Part shown: positions 41,503 to 50,325 of the stretch, in pieces
How the letters are laid out: every line of letters starts with the position of its first letter
Numbering within the stretch: position 1 is the first letter of the stretch
Program-made: the position numbers and the translations under genes
Notes under the pieces: model-generated
Databases searched by the model: none
The model's input: the letters and a program-made list of their open reading frames with translations, nothing else
What the model was told of the DNA's origin: nothing
IMG/VR virus record: IMGVR_UViG_3300021256_000056
Span: 1 to 64,000 of that record
DNA length: 64,000 nt
Origin: a virus
Lineage: Duplodnaviria > Caudoviricetes
Direction: 5' to 3' (one strand)

Positions 41503-42101
41503 ATATGTGGACTCGATTTTTGGTTTTGTATAGCGGTACCAACTACTACGTATTCCACATGTTTTATCGTGCCAAGTCCTCACACGAACCGATATTTTAA
41601 GTGCTCGGTATGCAGTATCGTCCTTCCTGCTTCCATTACACTTTGCGCAACCGTTGGGCGTCGAACCCAAAGCCTTCTGTAGTACTTTCGCCATTAAGCT
41701 GTTAGCAAAAGCAGGTGGTATTGCACTCACCGCGACGGGAGCTACCCGTAATCCATTGTTCGGTTGCGTTTGCCAAGGAAGATGGATTCGAACCATCATT
41801 CACGCATTGTGTGATTGCGCCACCGCTTATTCCTTATTATTTACACACAAAGTAATATTCAGCGGAATCCCCTTGTGGATAGGGGCGGTTTGCCATTGTC
41901 CTACTCCTTGTTTAAATGCATTACCTGCCCTGACCTCTATATGCTTTTACATAATGTTTTGAATTCTTCAATTTTGAAGTTCTGCATTTTGATACAATGC
42001 CTGGGCGCTTCTTGTGAAGCCTTTGGGTTGCCGATGTTGCTCTGTTTGCCATTTTCTTAATTTTTCACAAATATACATTTATTTTTTATAAAAATCAATA
42101 G

Positions 42102-42216
42102 TCGGGGAAGAAGGAATCGAACCTCCGCTAACGGCACCCAAAGCAATTTGACGCTGCTGTTAGTTTTCAATACTGAAAACATTTAAAACGTCGTGCTACC
42201 ACTACACTATTCCCCA
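42102..42216 (-). tRNA. tRNA-Pro(TGG) interrupted by a 44-nt ACAGCAG-helix insert (42145-42188) at position 29/30
   Basis: removing the insert restores ACG|GC-TTTGGGT-GCCGT. Confidence 0.85.
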
Positions 42217-42223
42217 AAATTTG

Positions 42224-42340
42224 TGAGGAGGATGGGACTCGGACCCATGACCCACGGGTTAAAAGCCAAGGTGAGGTTGCTGTTAGTTTTCAGTACAGAA
42301 AACGTTTTATACGTTGCTCTACCAACTGAGCTACCTCCTC
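42224..42340 (-). tRNA. tRNA-Lys(TTT) interrupted by a 44-nt ACAGCAA-helix insert (42268-42311) at position 29/30
   Basis: removing the insert restores ACG|GG-CTTTTAA-CCCGT. Confidence 0.87.
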
Positions 42341-42347
42341 AAAATTG

Positions 42348-42393
42348 CGACGATAGGAGGAGTCGAACCTCCAATCATGCCAAATCTATCGTC
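42348..42393 (-). ncRNA. tRNA minihelix (acceptor stem and T arm only)
   Basis: GACGATA-14nt-GGAGG TTCGACT CCTCC-TATCGTC-G. Confidence 0.65.
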
Positions 42394-42428
42394 AACCGTC
42401 AACTTAAGACAACGTGTTACCACGTTTG

Positions 42429-42511
42429 TGGCCCCTGTGGGACTCGAACCCACACCCCATTGCTGGGAGTAGATTTTGAGTCTACCGCGTATACCATTCC
42501 GCCAAGGGGCC
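42429..42511 (-). tRNA. tRNA-Leu(CAA)
   Basis: GTAGA-CTCAAAA-TCTAC. Confidence 0.93.
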
Positions 42512-42615
42512 ATAAATAAAGAAGCCAGGCAACACTGCGACATTTTCAGAGTTTTTGTGACCACTTTGCTGGTACCCTACTTAAGTGGTTGCCCTACCAA
42601 CCTCGGGCTTCTTAG

Positions 42616-42689
42616 TACCCCCTGTAGGATTCGAACCTACGACCCGCAGATTAGAAATCTGCTGCTCTGTCCAACTGAGCTAAGAGGGC
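42616..42689 (-). tRNA. tRNA-Arg(TCT)
   Basis: GCAGA-TTTCTAA-TCTGC. Confidence 0.93.
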
Positions 42690-42694
42690 TTTTG

Positions 42695-42769
42695 TGCTCC
42701 TAGAAGGACTCAAACCTTCAACCTTATCCTTAGGACGGATTTGCGCTGATTCAATTGCGCCATAGGAGC
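42695..42769 (-). tRNA. tRNA-Arg(CCT)
   Basis: loop GTCCTAA. Confidence 0.85.
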
Positions 42770-42777
42770 ATTTGTTG

Positions 42778-42880
42778 CGGCAGTAAACCGAATCGAACGG
42801 CTATCAACCACCGACGGTGGTCATTCTTCGTGCGGGTTTCATTTAATTGCAGCTGCACAATACCCATTAAACTATACTGC
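42778..42880 (-). ncRNA. aberrant tRNA-like RNA
   Basis: GGCAGTA/TACTGCC acceptor and T arm; central region non-canonical. Confidence 0.55.
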
Positions 42881-42886
42881 CATTTG

Positions 42887-43010
42887 TTGCGGGTGAGGGA
42901 GTCGAACCCCCGTCTTTTCGTTATGGGTGAAATTACGATGTAAGTTGCCGCAAGATTTCCATGCGAAAACCTTTTTTGCTTTTACATGCTAACCATTGCA
43001 CTAACCCGCA
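42887..43010 (-). tRNA. tRNA-Met(CAT)-like with a variant helix insert (GCGGCAA) before the anticodon arm
   Basis: TGCGGGT/ACCCGCA; GGTTTTC-GCAT-GGAAATC-TTGCGGCAA; loop CCCATAA. Confidence 0.65.
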
Positions 43011-43018
43011 ATATTGTG

Positions 43019-43421
43019 TGGAGATGGGCGGACTCGAACCGCCGTTTTTCAAGCTTGCAAACTGCTTTCTACGCGCTTAGTTTTCTTTATGATTCGTTGG
43101 GCACTGGTGGAAAACACACCTGAGTACTCAATATATCATTCTGGAAACGTAGCCAAACCAGACGAATGAAACTGGCCTGCCGCTCTCGATTTGATGATGC
43201 CCTCATATTGTGAATTCAACCAAGACCAAACATTCACGAGGACAATCGTCCCGACACATCCTAGGTGCCGATGGATTAGGCTTATTTGCTTAGCAAATTA
43301 AGCGGCGATTGCATAGGTGTTGTTGCCAACTAATTTTTTTGATATTTGTTTAAAGGCTAAAAATCAAAACGCCTGCGTGCTTACAATCCTCATAGATTGA
43401 AATCAAAACCAAAACATCCCC
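43019..43421 (-). ncRNA. ssrA: tmRNA, tag (A)GNNTYAIAA
   Basis: 5' GGGGATG, 3' GGTTCGAGTCCGCCCATCTCCA with G3:U70; tag ORF GGC AAC AAC ACC TAT GCA ATC GCC GCT TAA. Confidence 0.95.
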
Positions 43422-43430
43422 ATGTTTTTG

Positions 43431-43503
43431 TACCCGATACAGGACTCAAACCCATACTCTGGGAGCCGTATTCCCAAGTTCTATTCAGTTAAACTAATCG
43501 GGC
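43431..43503 (-). tRNA. tRNA-Arg(ACG)
   Basis: TGGGA-ATACGGC-TCCCA. Confidence 0.85.
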
Positions 43504-43645
43504 TTTTTATTTTATTTTCATTTTCTCTATATTCCTTTTTTCTATATCTTCTTACCGAAGAATCATTCCTGCTTCCAAAATTTTCTGTCATTGCATGGCA
43601 ATTTGGACATAAAACTTCTATGTTTTCTTCTGTTACATTTGTTTA
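43494..43645 (-). pseudogene. HNH endonuclease C-terminal remnant
   Basis: translates TNVTEENIEVLCPNCHAMTENFGSRN; N-terminus missing. Confidence 0.8.
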
Positions 43646-43676
43646 TTAATAAATAATTAGATAAGAAAGATTTGAG

Positions 43677-43750
43677 AGCCCTCAGTCGGAGTCGAACCAA
43701 CACTTCATCCATACCACAGATGCGTACTCAGCCTTTAATACGATGAGGGC
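43677..43750 (-). tRNA. tRNA-Thr(GGT)
   Basis: CATCT-GTGGTAT-GGATG. Confidence 0.85.
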
Positions 43751-43855
43751 AAATCGCCAGGTGAAGCTAACCTGGCCCCCGTGAACTACCAGCCAGCCCT
43801 GCACCACGGGTGTTGATATGAGTACTGGTTGCATATCAACTTACAAGCTTACTTG

Positions 43856-43930
43856 TGCTCCCGATGGGACTCGAACCCATAACCCACTGTTTAAGAGACA
43901 GTTGCGCTCAACCAATTGCGCCACGAGAGC
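43856..43930 (-). tRNA. tRNA-Lys(CTT)
   Basis: ACTGT-CTCTTAA-ACAGT. Confidence 0.93.
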
Positions 43931-43940
43931 AGTTATTATG

Positions 43941-44012
43941 TAGCGGATAGGAGAGTCGAACTCCTCTCTCAAGATTGAGAATCTTACGTCCTAACCGATA
44001 GACTAATCCGCC
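43941..44012 (-). tRNA. tRNA-Glu(CTC)
   Basis: loop TTCTCAA; near-duplicate of Glu(TTC) at 47243. Confidence 0.9.
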
Positions 44013-44214
44013 ATTATCATATTACACAATGTTACATGTTTTATAAAAAATAAAGCATTGCGGATTTCCGTAGTCACCGCAATCGTTCTCCTCCTGCTAC
44101 CGTATACGACAGGCTAAGGCGAACTATAAGAACTTACCTATATTCGAACCTTTTCCTCTTAATCCACTTTATAAGAGTATGCTATAGGGTTCCCCACCTT
44201 GGTACTTTGATTTG

Positions 44215-44371
44215 TCGCGCATCTTGGAATCGAACCAAGTTCCTCTGGGGTTAGCAGCCCAGCGAGTTTTGTGTCTCCGCAGACTTGCAATCTACAATTA
44301 AGCGTCGTTGCAACTCAACTTAATCTGAATGTAGTATCCGCTTCTGTGCGTCTCCAACACTCTCATACGCG
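44215..44371 (-). ncRNA. initiator-like tRNA body with ~80-nt D-loop insertion and 8-nt anticodon loop
   Basis: CGCGTAT/ATGCGCG; CTGGG-CTGCTAAC-CCCAG; T arm intact. Confidence 0.6.
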
Positions 44372-44505
44372 GACAAGGCAGCGTGTATGCATCACCTTCT
44401 GACCTTGTAGAACGGACTTATATACATACCGTAACATTTTCGTAGTATGTAATTTCATCTGTTTTGTGTCTCCGACGAGGCTCGAACTCGTGACCCCCAC
44501 ATTAA

Positions 44506-45341
44506 CCTACCCAATATAGTTGCCTATACCATCTTACGATGTTTGAGTTTGGACCATTTCTTATCCATGCCACTTCGTGGTTTAGGTGGTGGTGTATGGC
44601 CTCTACACATTTATGCAAAAAAGCAATTTAGCCCGACGTTTTCCCAGGGGGATGTTCGTCGAATTAGCCACCATTCACGACAAGGGTTTCCCCTCGTGTG
44701 CTCCTTTCTTAGATTCACGTAAACATGAAATGCATAACCCGCTTTTAGTTTCCCTATGAAGCGGTTTTCCACATTTTTTGCACACGTGTTTGTACGTGTG
44801 GGTGTGTGTGGTTGTTTTAACCCCCTTCATATTTTTCTTTCCAGCGTAACTATCTGTTTGTGAATGGCAATTAGGACACAAAATCACTAGATTGTCGAGT
44901 TCATTATTAAAATGGTCTCCATCTTTATGATGAACTTGCAACGTTATGCTTTTACCATGCCACTCAGAAATTCCGCATTCTGGATTTTCGCACTTATATT
45001 CTTTCAGCCCCAATGAAATTAGTTTTTTCATTAATTCCGAAGATTTTATAAGTTTGTCTTTAACAAAAAAATCCTCTTTGTCTAGACCGTTGTGATTTTT
45101 ATTTCCGATGTTCGATTTTTGTCCAGTGAAATGTGAGGTATCTAGGTCGTATTCTTTCACGTATTTGTAAAACGTTCTATAATTACCACCAACAGGTTTC
45201 CATCCCACAGCACGACAAAAATCAGCAACACTAAAAACACGTTTACATATCTCTATTGCCTCTTCTTTACCAATTACATTTTTTGTCATAATAACACTTT
45301 TATAATAAATAGTGTTTAATTGGTAAAAGTAAGAAGATTTG
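44506..45341 (-). mobile_element. group I intron (IC3-like) with HNH ORF
   Basis: P/Q/R/S-like AATTCGACGAA, GTCGGGCTAA, GTGTAGAGGCC, AAGAAATGGTCC; terminal G after GGTAG. Confidence 0.85.
44675..45289 (-). CDS. intron-encoded HNH homing endonuclease
   Basis: LQVHHKDGDHFNNELDNLVILCPNCHS. Confidence 0.92.
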   Translation of the reverse strand: MTKNVIGKEEAIEICKRVFSVADFCRAVGWKPVGGNYRTFYKYVKEYDLDTSHFTGQKSNIGNKNHNGLDKEDFFVKDKLIKSSELMKKLISLGLKEYKCENPECGISEWHGKSITLQVHHKDGDHFNNELDNLVILCPNCHSQTDSYAGKKNMKGVKTTTHTHTYKHVCKKCGKPLHRETKSGLCISCLRESKKGAHEGKPLS

Positions 45342-45399
45342 AAGTGTGGTGCTCTACCAACTGAGCTACGGAGACTTTCCTTAAATTACCATAAAATTG

Positions 45400-45475
45400 T
45401 TGCGCAGGACGGGCTCGAACCGACGACTTCCAGGATATGAATCTGGTGCTCTACAACCAACTGAGCTACTGCGCA
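45400..45475 (-). tRNA. tRNA-Met(CAT)
   Basis: loop TTCATAT. Confidence 0.85.
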
Positions 45476-45483
45476 ATATTTTG

Positions 45484-45556
45484 CGGAGACGGGCGGAGTC
45501 GAACCACCGACGCGGGGCTCTTCAGGCCCCCGCTCTACCAACTGAGCTACGTCTCC
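45484..45556 (-). tRNA. tRNA-Phe(GAA)
   Basis: GGGGC-CTGAAGA-GCCCC. Confidence 0.93.
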
Positions 45557-45662
45557 AAAAAAAAGGTAAAATCTTCGAAGATTGCTGCAGCGGAAGTCCC
45601 CGAGTCGAACGGTGGTTACCTGGTGCCCCTTGCATACAATACTGCAACAAATTTTACCTTTG

Positions 45663-45738
45663 TGGGTGTCCTGAGACTCGAACTCAGAAACCTCTTGTGT
45701 ATCAGACAAGTGCTCTCAACCAATTGAGCTAGGCACCC
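45663..45738 (-). tRNA. tRNA-Ile(GAT)
   Basis: CTTGT-CTGATAC-ACAAG. Confidence 0.92.
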
Positions 45739-45748
45739 AGAAATTTTG

Positions 45749-46466
45749 TGGGACAGGAGGGACTCGAACCCTCACCCTCCTTAGAGGACTGGTTCCTCGT
45801 ACCACTATGGCTTTCGCCACCAAAACAACTTCGAACTTGCGGGTTGGATTTTCAAGGCTTGTACACCCCCAGGTTGTCTTGTTTGTGGTCTGGACTGTAT
45901 CTTAACCATATTGAAATCTAGCTAGTAAACATCCTTATACTTATAGTCTCGTAGTTTAATGTGGGTCACGCGACCACCCCTAGCTCATATAAGCATGTTA
46001 TTTCAACTTAGGCTCCTCCTGTATCTCGTCTCTACACACTGTCTATTATTCTATATCTGCGGTCCCTTGTTCTCAGGCTATATTCATTACTGAAGTATAG
46101 TCTTGCAGTATAGATTTTAACATTGGCTCGGCATTAGCATATTATTCCTATTGGGGTTTTACAAGTTTCGCTTATAGTTTTATTCCGATATTCACGGTGT
46201 CCCACAAAACCAATATTTGAATAACTTAGCTTTCACCGAATTAGGAAGGTTCTACATAACGGGTTTCCCCGCGTCCACAGGCTACTCTCCCGTTTGGGAT
46301 TGTTTACCTTATCTATCACGCTTCGCAGCGTCCTGTGGTATGCACTCAAGTTAAACGGGCGCCTATCCGCATACAGAGTGTCTCAGTCTGTAATCTCCAA
46401 GTATAGGTTATCAGTATAAGCCCGTTGTTCATAAGACCAGCGCGTCTACCATTCCGCCACTGTCCC
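45749..46466 (-). tRNA. tRNA-Leu(TAG) split by a group I intron
   Basis: exons CTGGT-CTT | AGGA-ACCAG. Confidence 0.9.
45798..46432 (-). mobile_element. group I intron (IC3-like), no recognisable ORF
   Basis: AATTCGGTGAA, AATGCCGAGCC, GTGTAGAGACG, AAGATACAGTCC; ends GGTACG. Confidence 0.9.
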
Positions 46467-46605
46467 AAAATTAGATAAGGGTGTATAATGCTGCCCTTGC
46501 TATATTGTGTGGCAACCCTTAAATGAGATTTTCCAAATACCTTTGTCTGCCATATTCTCAGGTGCTCATTACTGTAGCATTGATTATGTATATGAAGGTT
46601 ACCAC

Positions 46606-46691
46606 TGGTGCGGCAGGTGAGACTCGAACTCACACGGGATTGCTCCCACCACCCCCTCAAAGTGGCGCGTCTACCATTCCGCCACTGCCGC
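46606..46691 (-). tRNA. tRNA-Leu(GAG)
   Basis: CCACT-TTGAGGG-GGTGG; CCA encoded. Confidence 0.92.
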
Positions 46692-46857
46692 ATAAATATA
46701 TTGTTTTTAAATGGCCCTGGAATCTGTATTGACCACTAAGGGGGTAATCCTCCATCTACAGAATCTGTACCATCAGGTTTATCCCATTGGTTCCCTAAGA
46801 CCCATTCTTTTTCTCGGTGCGTGGTGACACCTCAAACCGTGAATATATACCTAGTTG

Positions 46858-46930
46858 TGGAGGATACGAGACTCGGACTCGTGACCCCCTGCTTGCAAAG
46901 CAGGTGCTCTACCGACTGAGCTAATCCCCC
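46858..46930 (-). tRNA. tRNA-Ala(TGC)
   Basis: CCTGC-TTTGCAA-GCAGG; G3:U70. Confidence 0.93.
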
Positions 46931-47242
46931 TTCATGGTCCTCTTTTAATCGCTATTCATTTAGGGAGCAGGAAGGACCAGTCCTATGACGTGTTAGCCTC
47001 AAACGCCATTCTAAGAGGTTCCTCAAAAATGCACTGCAGTATATGGTGTCCACCATTGCCCCTAATCGCCACCGCTTTCGGAGGGGTTTTGATACCATAG
47101 CATCATCGGAGAAATAAACGGGTTACTTAGTTATCGCTTGGCGCATAGACGCCTCAAACTTGCCTGTTGGCCACCCTTCGTGAGGTACAGAATAACTTAC
47201 TGTTTCTATGCCTTCAGTTACTGCCTCACCCTCACCCGTTCG

Positions 47243-47314
47243 TAGCGGATAGGAGAGTCGGACTCCTCTCTCAAGAATGAAAATCTTGCGTCCTAACCGA
47301 TAGACTAATCCGCC
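47243..47314 (-). tRNA. tRNA-Glu(TTC)
   Basis: CAAGA-TTTTCAT-TCTTG. Confidence 0.9.
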
Positions 47315-47321
47315 ATAAATT

Positions 47322-47452
47322 AAGAGCATAACGGTGTTTCGAACCACCGTTAATTGTTACCAGCGTGCGTTTCCTCTAATACACCAACCGAGTTTATTGT
47401 TTGCTCTGGGACCGTGGCCTTTAGTCCATTATCGAGCCCTCTGGTATCTCTT
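47322..47452 (-). ncRNA. unknown ~135-nt tRNA-trailer RNA, copy 1
   Basis: AAGAGA-TACCAG...GCACG-CTGGTA-ACAA-T-loop hairpin-CTCTT. Confidence 0.65.
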
Positions 47453-47453
47453 G

Positions 47454-47519
47454 TGCGTAAACATGGAGTCGAACCACGTTATTTCTAGGATTGCATTGCC
47501 TCTATATGCTATTTTACGC
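47454..47519 (-). ncRNA. tRNA-like RNA lacking a paired anticodon arm
   Basis: GCGTAAA/TTTACGC acceptor; D and T arms present. Confidence 0.6.
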
Positions 47520-47523
47520 AAAT

Positions 47524-47664
47524 AAGAGCATTATGAAGTCTCGAGCCTTCATAAATTGTTACTTAGCGTGCTCGTCCATCTTTACACTATTCCCGTTAAG
47601 AGTCCTTCCTTTTCACGTTGCCTAGAACTTTTCCGAAAAGAGAACTCACCTCTAAGTATCTCTT
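47524..47664 (-). ncRNA. unknown ~135-nt tRNA-trailer RNA, copy 2
   Basis: AAGAGA-TACTTAG...GCACG-CTAAGTA-ACAA-hairpin-CTCTT. Confidence 0.65.
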
Positions 47665-47665
47665 G

Positions 47666-47748
47666 TGGGCAGGGAGGGATTCGAACCCCCGAAGCCGTGA
47701 GGCAGCAGATTTACAGTCTGCCCGTTTTGACCGCTTACCTACCTACCC
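47666..47748 (-). tRNA. tRNA-Tyr(GTA)
   Basis: GCAGA-CTGTAAA-TCTGC, long variable arm. Confidence 0.92.
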
Positions 47749-47880
47749 ATAAAAAAACTTAAGCCACTCGCGTCCCACAGGTCTGTTCTCGCTTTTATTA
47801 AGAGGTGCACACGAGATTACTCTCCCTCCTTTAAAGTAAGTCGCCCTCCTAAGCCTTGTCCGCTTAAGTTAAAAAACAAC

Positions 47881-47947
47881 GGGAAACATTTTTACGTATG
47901 TTCAGAAAGAAAGTCGGAATTTTAGTAAATTTTGCTGTTAGTTTCCC
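47881..47947 (-). ncRNA. ACAGCAA-helix RNA with Glu(TTC)-like loop
   Basis: GGGAAAC-TAACAGCAA...TTCCGA-CTTTCTT-TCTGAA...GTTTCCC. Confidence 0.7.
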
Positions 47948-47952
47948 TTTAG

Positions 47953-48074
47953 AGCTGATGCAAGGAATCGAACCTCGGTCTGCGGCTTGGAATGCATTTC
48001 TTGATTTTTGCTGTCCGTAACCTTGTCAGAATACCTTATTTGAAAACGCTGTGCTACCACTACACCACATCAGC
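47953..48074 (-). tRNA. tRNA-Gly(TCC) interrupted by a 51-nt ACAGCAA insert (47996-48046) at position 29/30
   Basis: removing the insert restores GCG|GC-ATTCCAA-GCCGC. Confidence 0.83.
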
Positions 48075-48254
48075 TTATATTAAAATCTCCTGTTTGCCTC
48101 GGGTGGACGCGTCGGGCTGAATCCGCCCATCACCCTTAACACCTCGCCATTATGCTATGGCTTTATTCCATACTGCATAAAGGTTTTCCTACCACGTGGG
48201 TCACATAATGTCAACCTGATTGTTGGTTATGTAGCTCCCTCAGAGATAATAAAT

Positions 48255-48332
48255 TGGCGGTGCGTACGGGATTCGAACCCGTGAACTCCACCGTGACAGG
48301 GTGGCATGATAGACCAGCTTCACCAACGCACC
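48255..48332 (-). tRNA. tRNA-Asp(GTC)
   Basis: CCACC-CTGTCAC-GGTGG; CCA encoded. Confidence 0.94.
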
Positions 48333-49020
48333 GTATGCTTTTTCGGTTTAACATTAACCGTATTACTGGCGGTTTTGGTATCGCACTTTTCCGCCTTAGT
48401 GCGTCCGAATTTCACGGAAGCCTTACTATCGCGAATAATGTACTTAAGGCTACTACCAAGGTGACTTGTGGAGCAGCCCTTCGCGATTATGATGCCACAA
48501 TGCACTTGGTTTATAATTTAAGGTTACCTAAAGTAGATGTGCCTTGGATTCGCACCTCTCACGGAGACTTTTTACACCAAAACCACTATAGTCAATTTTG
48601 GATATTAAGTTACTCAGCCTTTGACCCGATATACCATTTCACACCACTGCAGCTGGCGGCGATTTTGTACCTGGCCATACTCATTGTCACTTTAGTTTTT
48701 CGCGCTCGGGCTCCCTGCCCGTGTTGGCGTTGCAACCTCTGACTACTCTCACGGTTAAAACTGTGGGGGGTTCTTGGGAGCAAACACAAAGTGCTTTGGG
48801 AAGCATAGCCTATTGGCTTACTTTAACTCCACACAGGGGTAGTCCTCCCCTGTCCCAAATACATGTTTAGCCCTTGGTTTTCAGGCTTGTATTCTCGTTT
48901 TTTCGAGGTAAATTCGCCCCTTTTTGGTACCCAACGCATTGGAGAGTCGAACTCCGCTGCTTGCATATTCGAAAACACGCCCAAGGGGACCCTACTACCG
49001 TTCGGGATTACTGCTAAATT

Positions 49021-49156
49021 AAGAGCCATAGCATATTCGAATTCCGCTATGTTGTTACCGAATGTGCGAACGTCTCTTGCATTTCACACCGCTGCTAATC
49101 GTACTCCATTGCTATACGCGTAATAGCAACTTAAGGAGCCCTTTCCAGTATCTCTT
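49021..49156 (-). ncRNA. unknown ~135-nt tRNA-trailer RNA, copy 3
   Basis: AAGAGA-TACTGG...GCACAT-TCGGTA-ACAA-TTCGAAT hairpin-CTCTT. Confidence 0.6.
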
Positions 49157-49157
49157 G

Positions 49158-49232
49158 TGGGAGTGGAGGGATTCGAACCCCCGACATCTACCTTGTAAGG
49201 GTAGCGCTCTAAACCAGCTGAGCTACGCTCCC
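49158..49232 (-). tRNA. tRNA-Val(TAC)
   Basis: CTACC-CTTACAA-GGTAG. Confidence 0.93.
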
Positions 49233-49564
49233 GTTTCTCACCTAAGACTAACGCGCTAATCTGTCATTCGCAATGCACTAGGTGTATAACTTTTTTTATA
49301 CGTGCAGTTCTAACCCCCTTCGTGACCCCTCAGTGCTACTATAGTCGCCCTATATTTGGATTACTGACGATACCCTACACCTACTCATCACGCCATTTAA
49401 CCGTGGCTCTCTCGCATTGTTCCAATCTACGAGAGGCCCCCCCACGGTGAGGCCGTTAGTCGGATTTGACTTGAGCAAGAAGTCTGAATTGAACAGCAAG
49501 TTCCGTCCTTACGTAGCGAACAAGGGACGGACGTCTCCCGAACCTGGGTATCTTGCTAAAAAAT

Positions 49565-49716
49565 GTGTAACCAGAAATCAGAAATGTTTTACTCTACCTA
49601 CTGAGCTACATGGGAAGAATACCGTAACTCCCACGGAGGGACTCGAACCCTCGTCCTTAGTTTTACAGACTTACAAACAATTAATGAACTTGCTGTAAGA
49701 TTTCTTCACGTTACAC
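49565..49716 (-). ncRNA. ACAGCAA-helix RNA enclosing a circularly permuted tRNA-Tyr(GTA)-like module
   Basis: order: helix, ACAGCAA, CTGTAAA loop, T arm, acceptor hairpin, D arm, helix. Confidence 0.8.
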
Positions 49717-49732
49717 GGTGATGGTATTTTTG

Positions 49733-49806
49733 CGGGAAGAGAGGGGCTCGAACCCTCGACCTAAGGATTAACAGTCCTTTGCTACCACCAGCTGAGCTAC
49801 CTTCCC
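49733..49806 (-). tRNA. tRNA-Asn(GTT)
   Basis: AAGGA-CTGTTAA-TCCTT; G73. Confidence 0.9.
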
Positions 49807-50123
49807 GAAATTACAGGCACGTAAACGAAATGCCCTCAGACTTCCCAATGGTTTATAGATTAAAGACCTAAAACCATTATGCGGCTCCTTCACACCTACG
49901 AAAAACAGTCTTTGTCAACTACCACGTGTTATAGTATTGTAGGCAAGTTATTCTAACGTCAAACTGCCATGACGATGGTTGCTATTACGCCACACCAAAA
50001 ATAGCGGGTCTGTTTACTAAACAAGAAATTGACCGCAGGTTGGATTTACACCAACTTACTCCCAGTAAAATCCAGGGCTTCAAATTACAAAAGCCTCGCA
50101 CGGTTGATTCCTTGTAGAAATAC

Positions 50124-50235
50124 GGGAAGCGTTTTACGTCCAACGGACGGGGGCGGACTTGAACCGCCGAACCTCTCAAGTTCTGATTTTCAGTCGGAAT
50201 TGTTAAACCTTTGTTGAGATTGCTGTGTGCTTCCC
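50124..50235 (-). ncRNA. ACAGCAA-helix RNA with Phe(GAA) loop, T arm and closed acceptor-like hairpin
   Basis: GGGAAGC-ACACAGCAA...CTGAAAA...GGCGG TTCAAGT CCGCC...CGTCC-GTT-GGACG...GCTTCCC. Confidence 0.78.
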
Positions 50236-50240
50236 TGTTG

Positions 50241-50325
50241 CAGGCGCTGGAGGATTCGAACCCCCGAGGAATTTAATCCTGCTGGTTTTGGAGACCAGTG
50301 CCTTCGACCGCTCGGCCAAGCGTCT
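50241..50325 (-). tRNA. tRNA-Trp(CCA) with long variable arm
   Basis: CTGGT-CTCCAAA-ACCAG; A1:U72, G73; 16-nt variable region. Confidence 0.85.

Larger units (their letters stand above)
44467..45375 (-). tRNA. tRNA-Lys(TTT) split by a group I intron
   Basis: exons CCACA-CTT | TTAA-TGTGG; A73. Confidence 0.88.

Noticed and set aside
44467-45375. Alternative splice giving tRNA-Asn(GTT)
   Set aside because: The GGTANG 3' end shared with the other introns and the A73 discriminator favour Lys(TTT).
46350-46432. RNase P RNA suggested by ATAAGCC
   Set aside because: It lies within the Leu(TAG) intron and lacks the rest of the P4 consensus.
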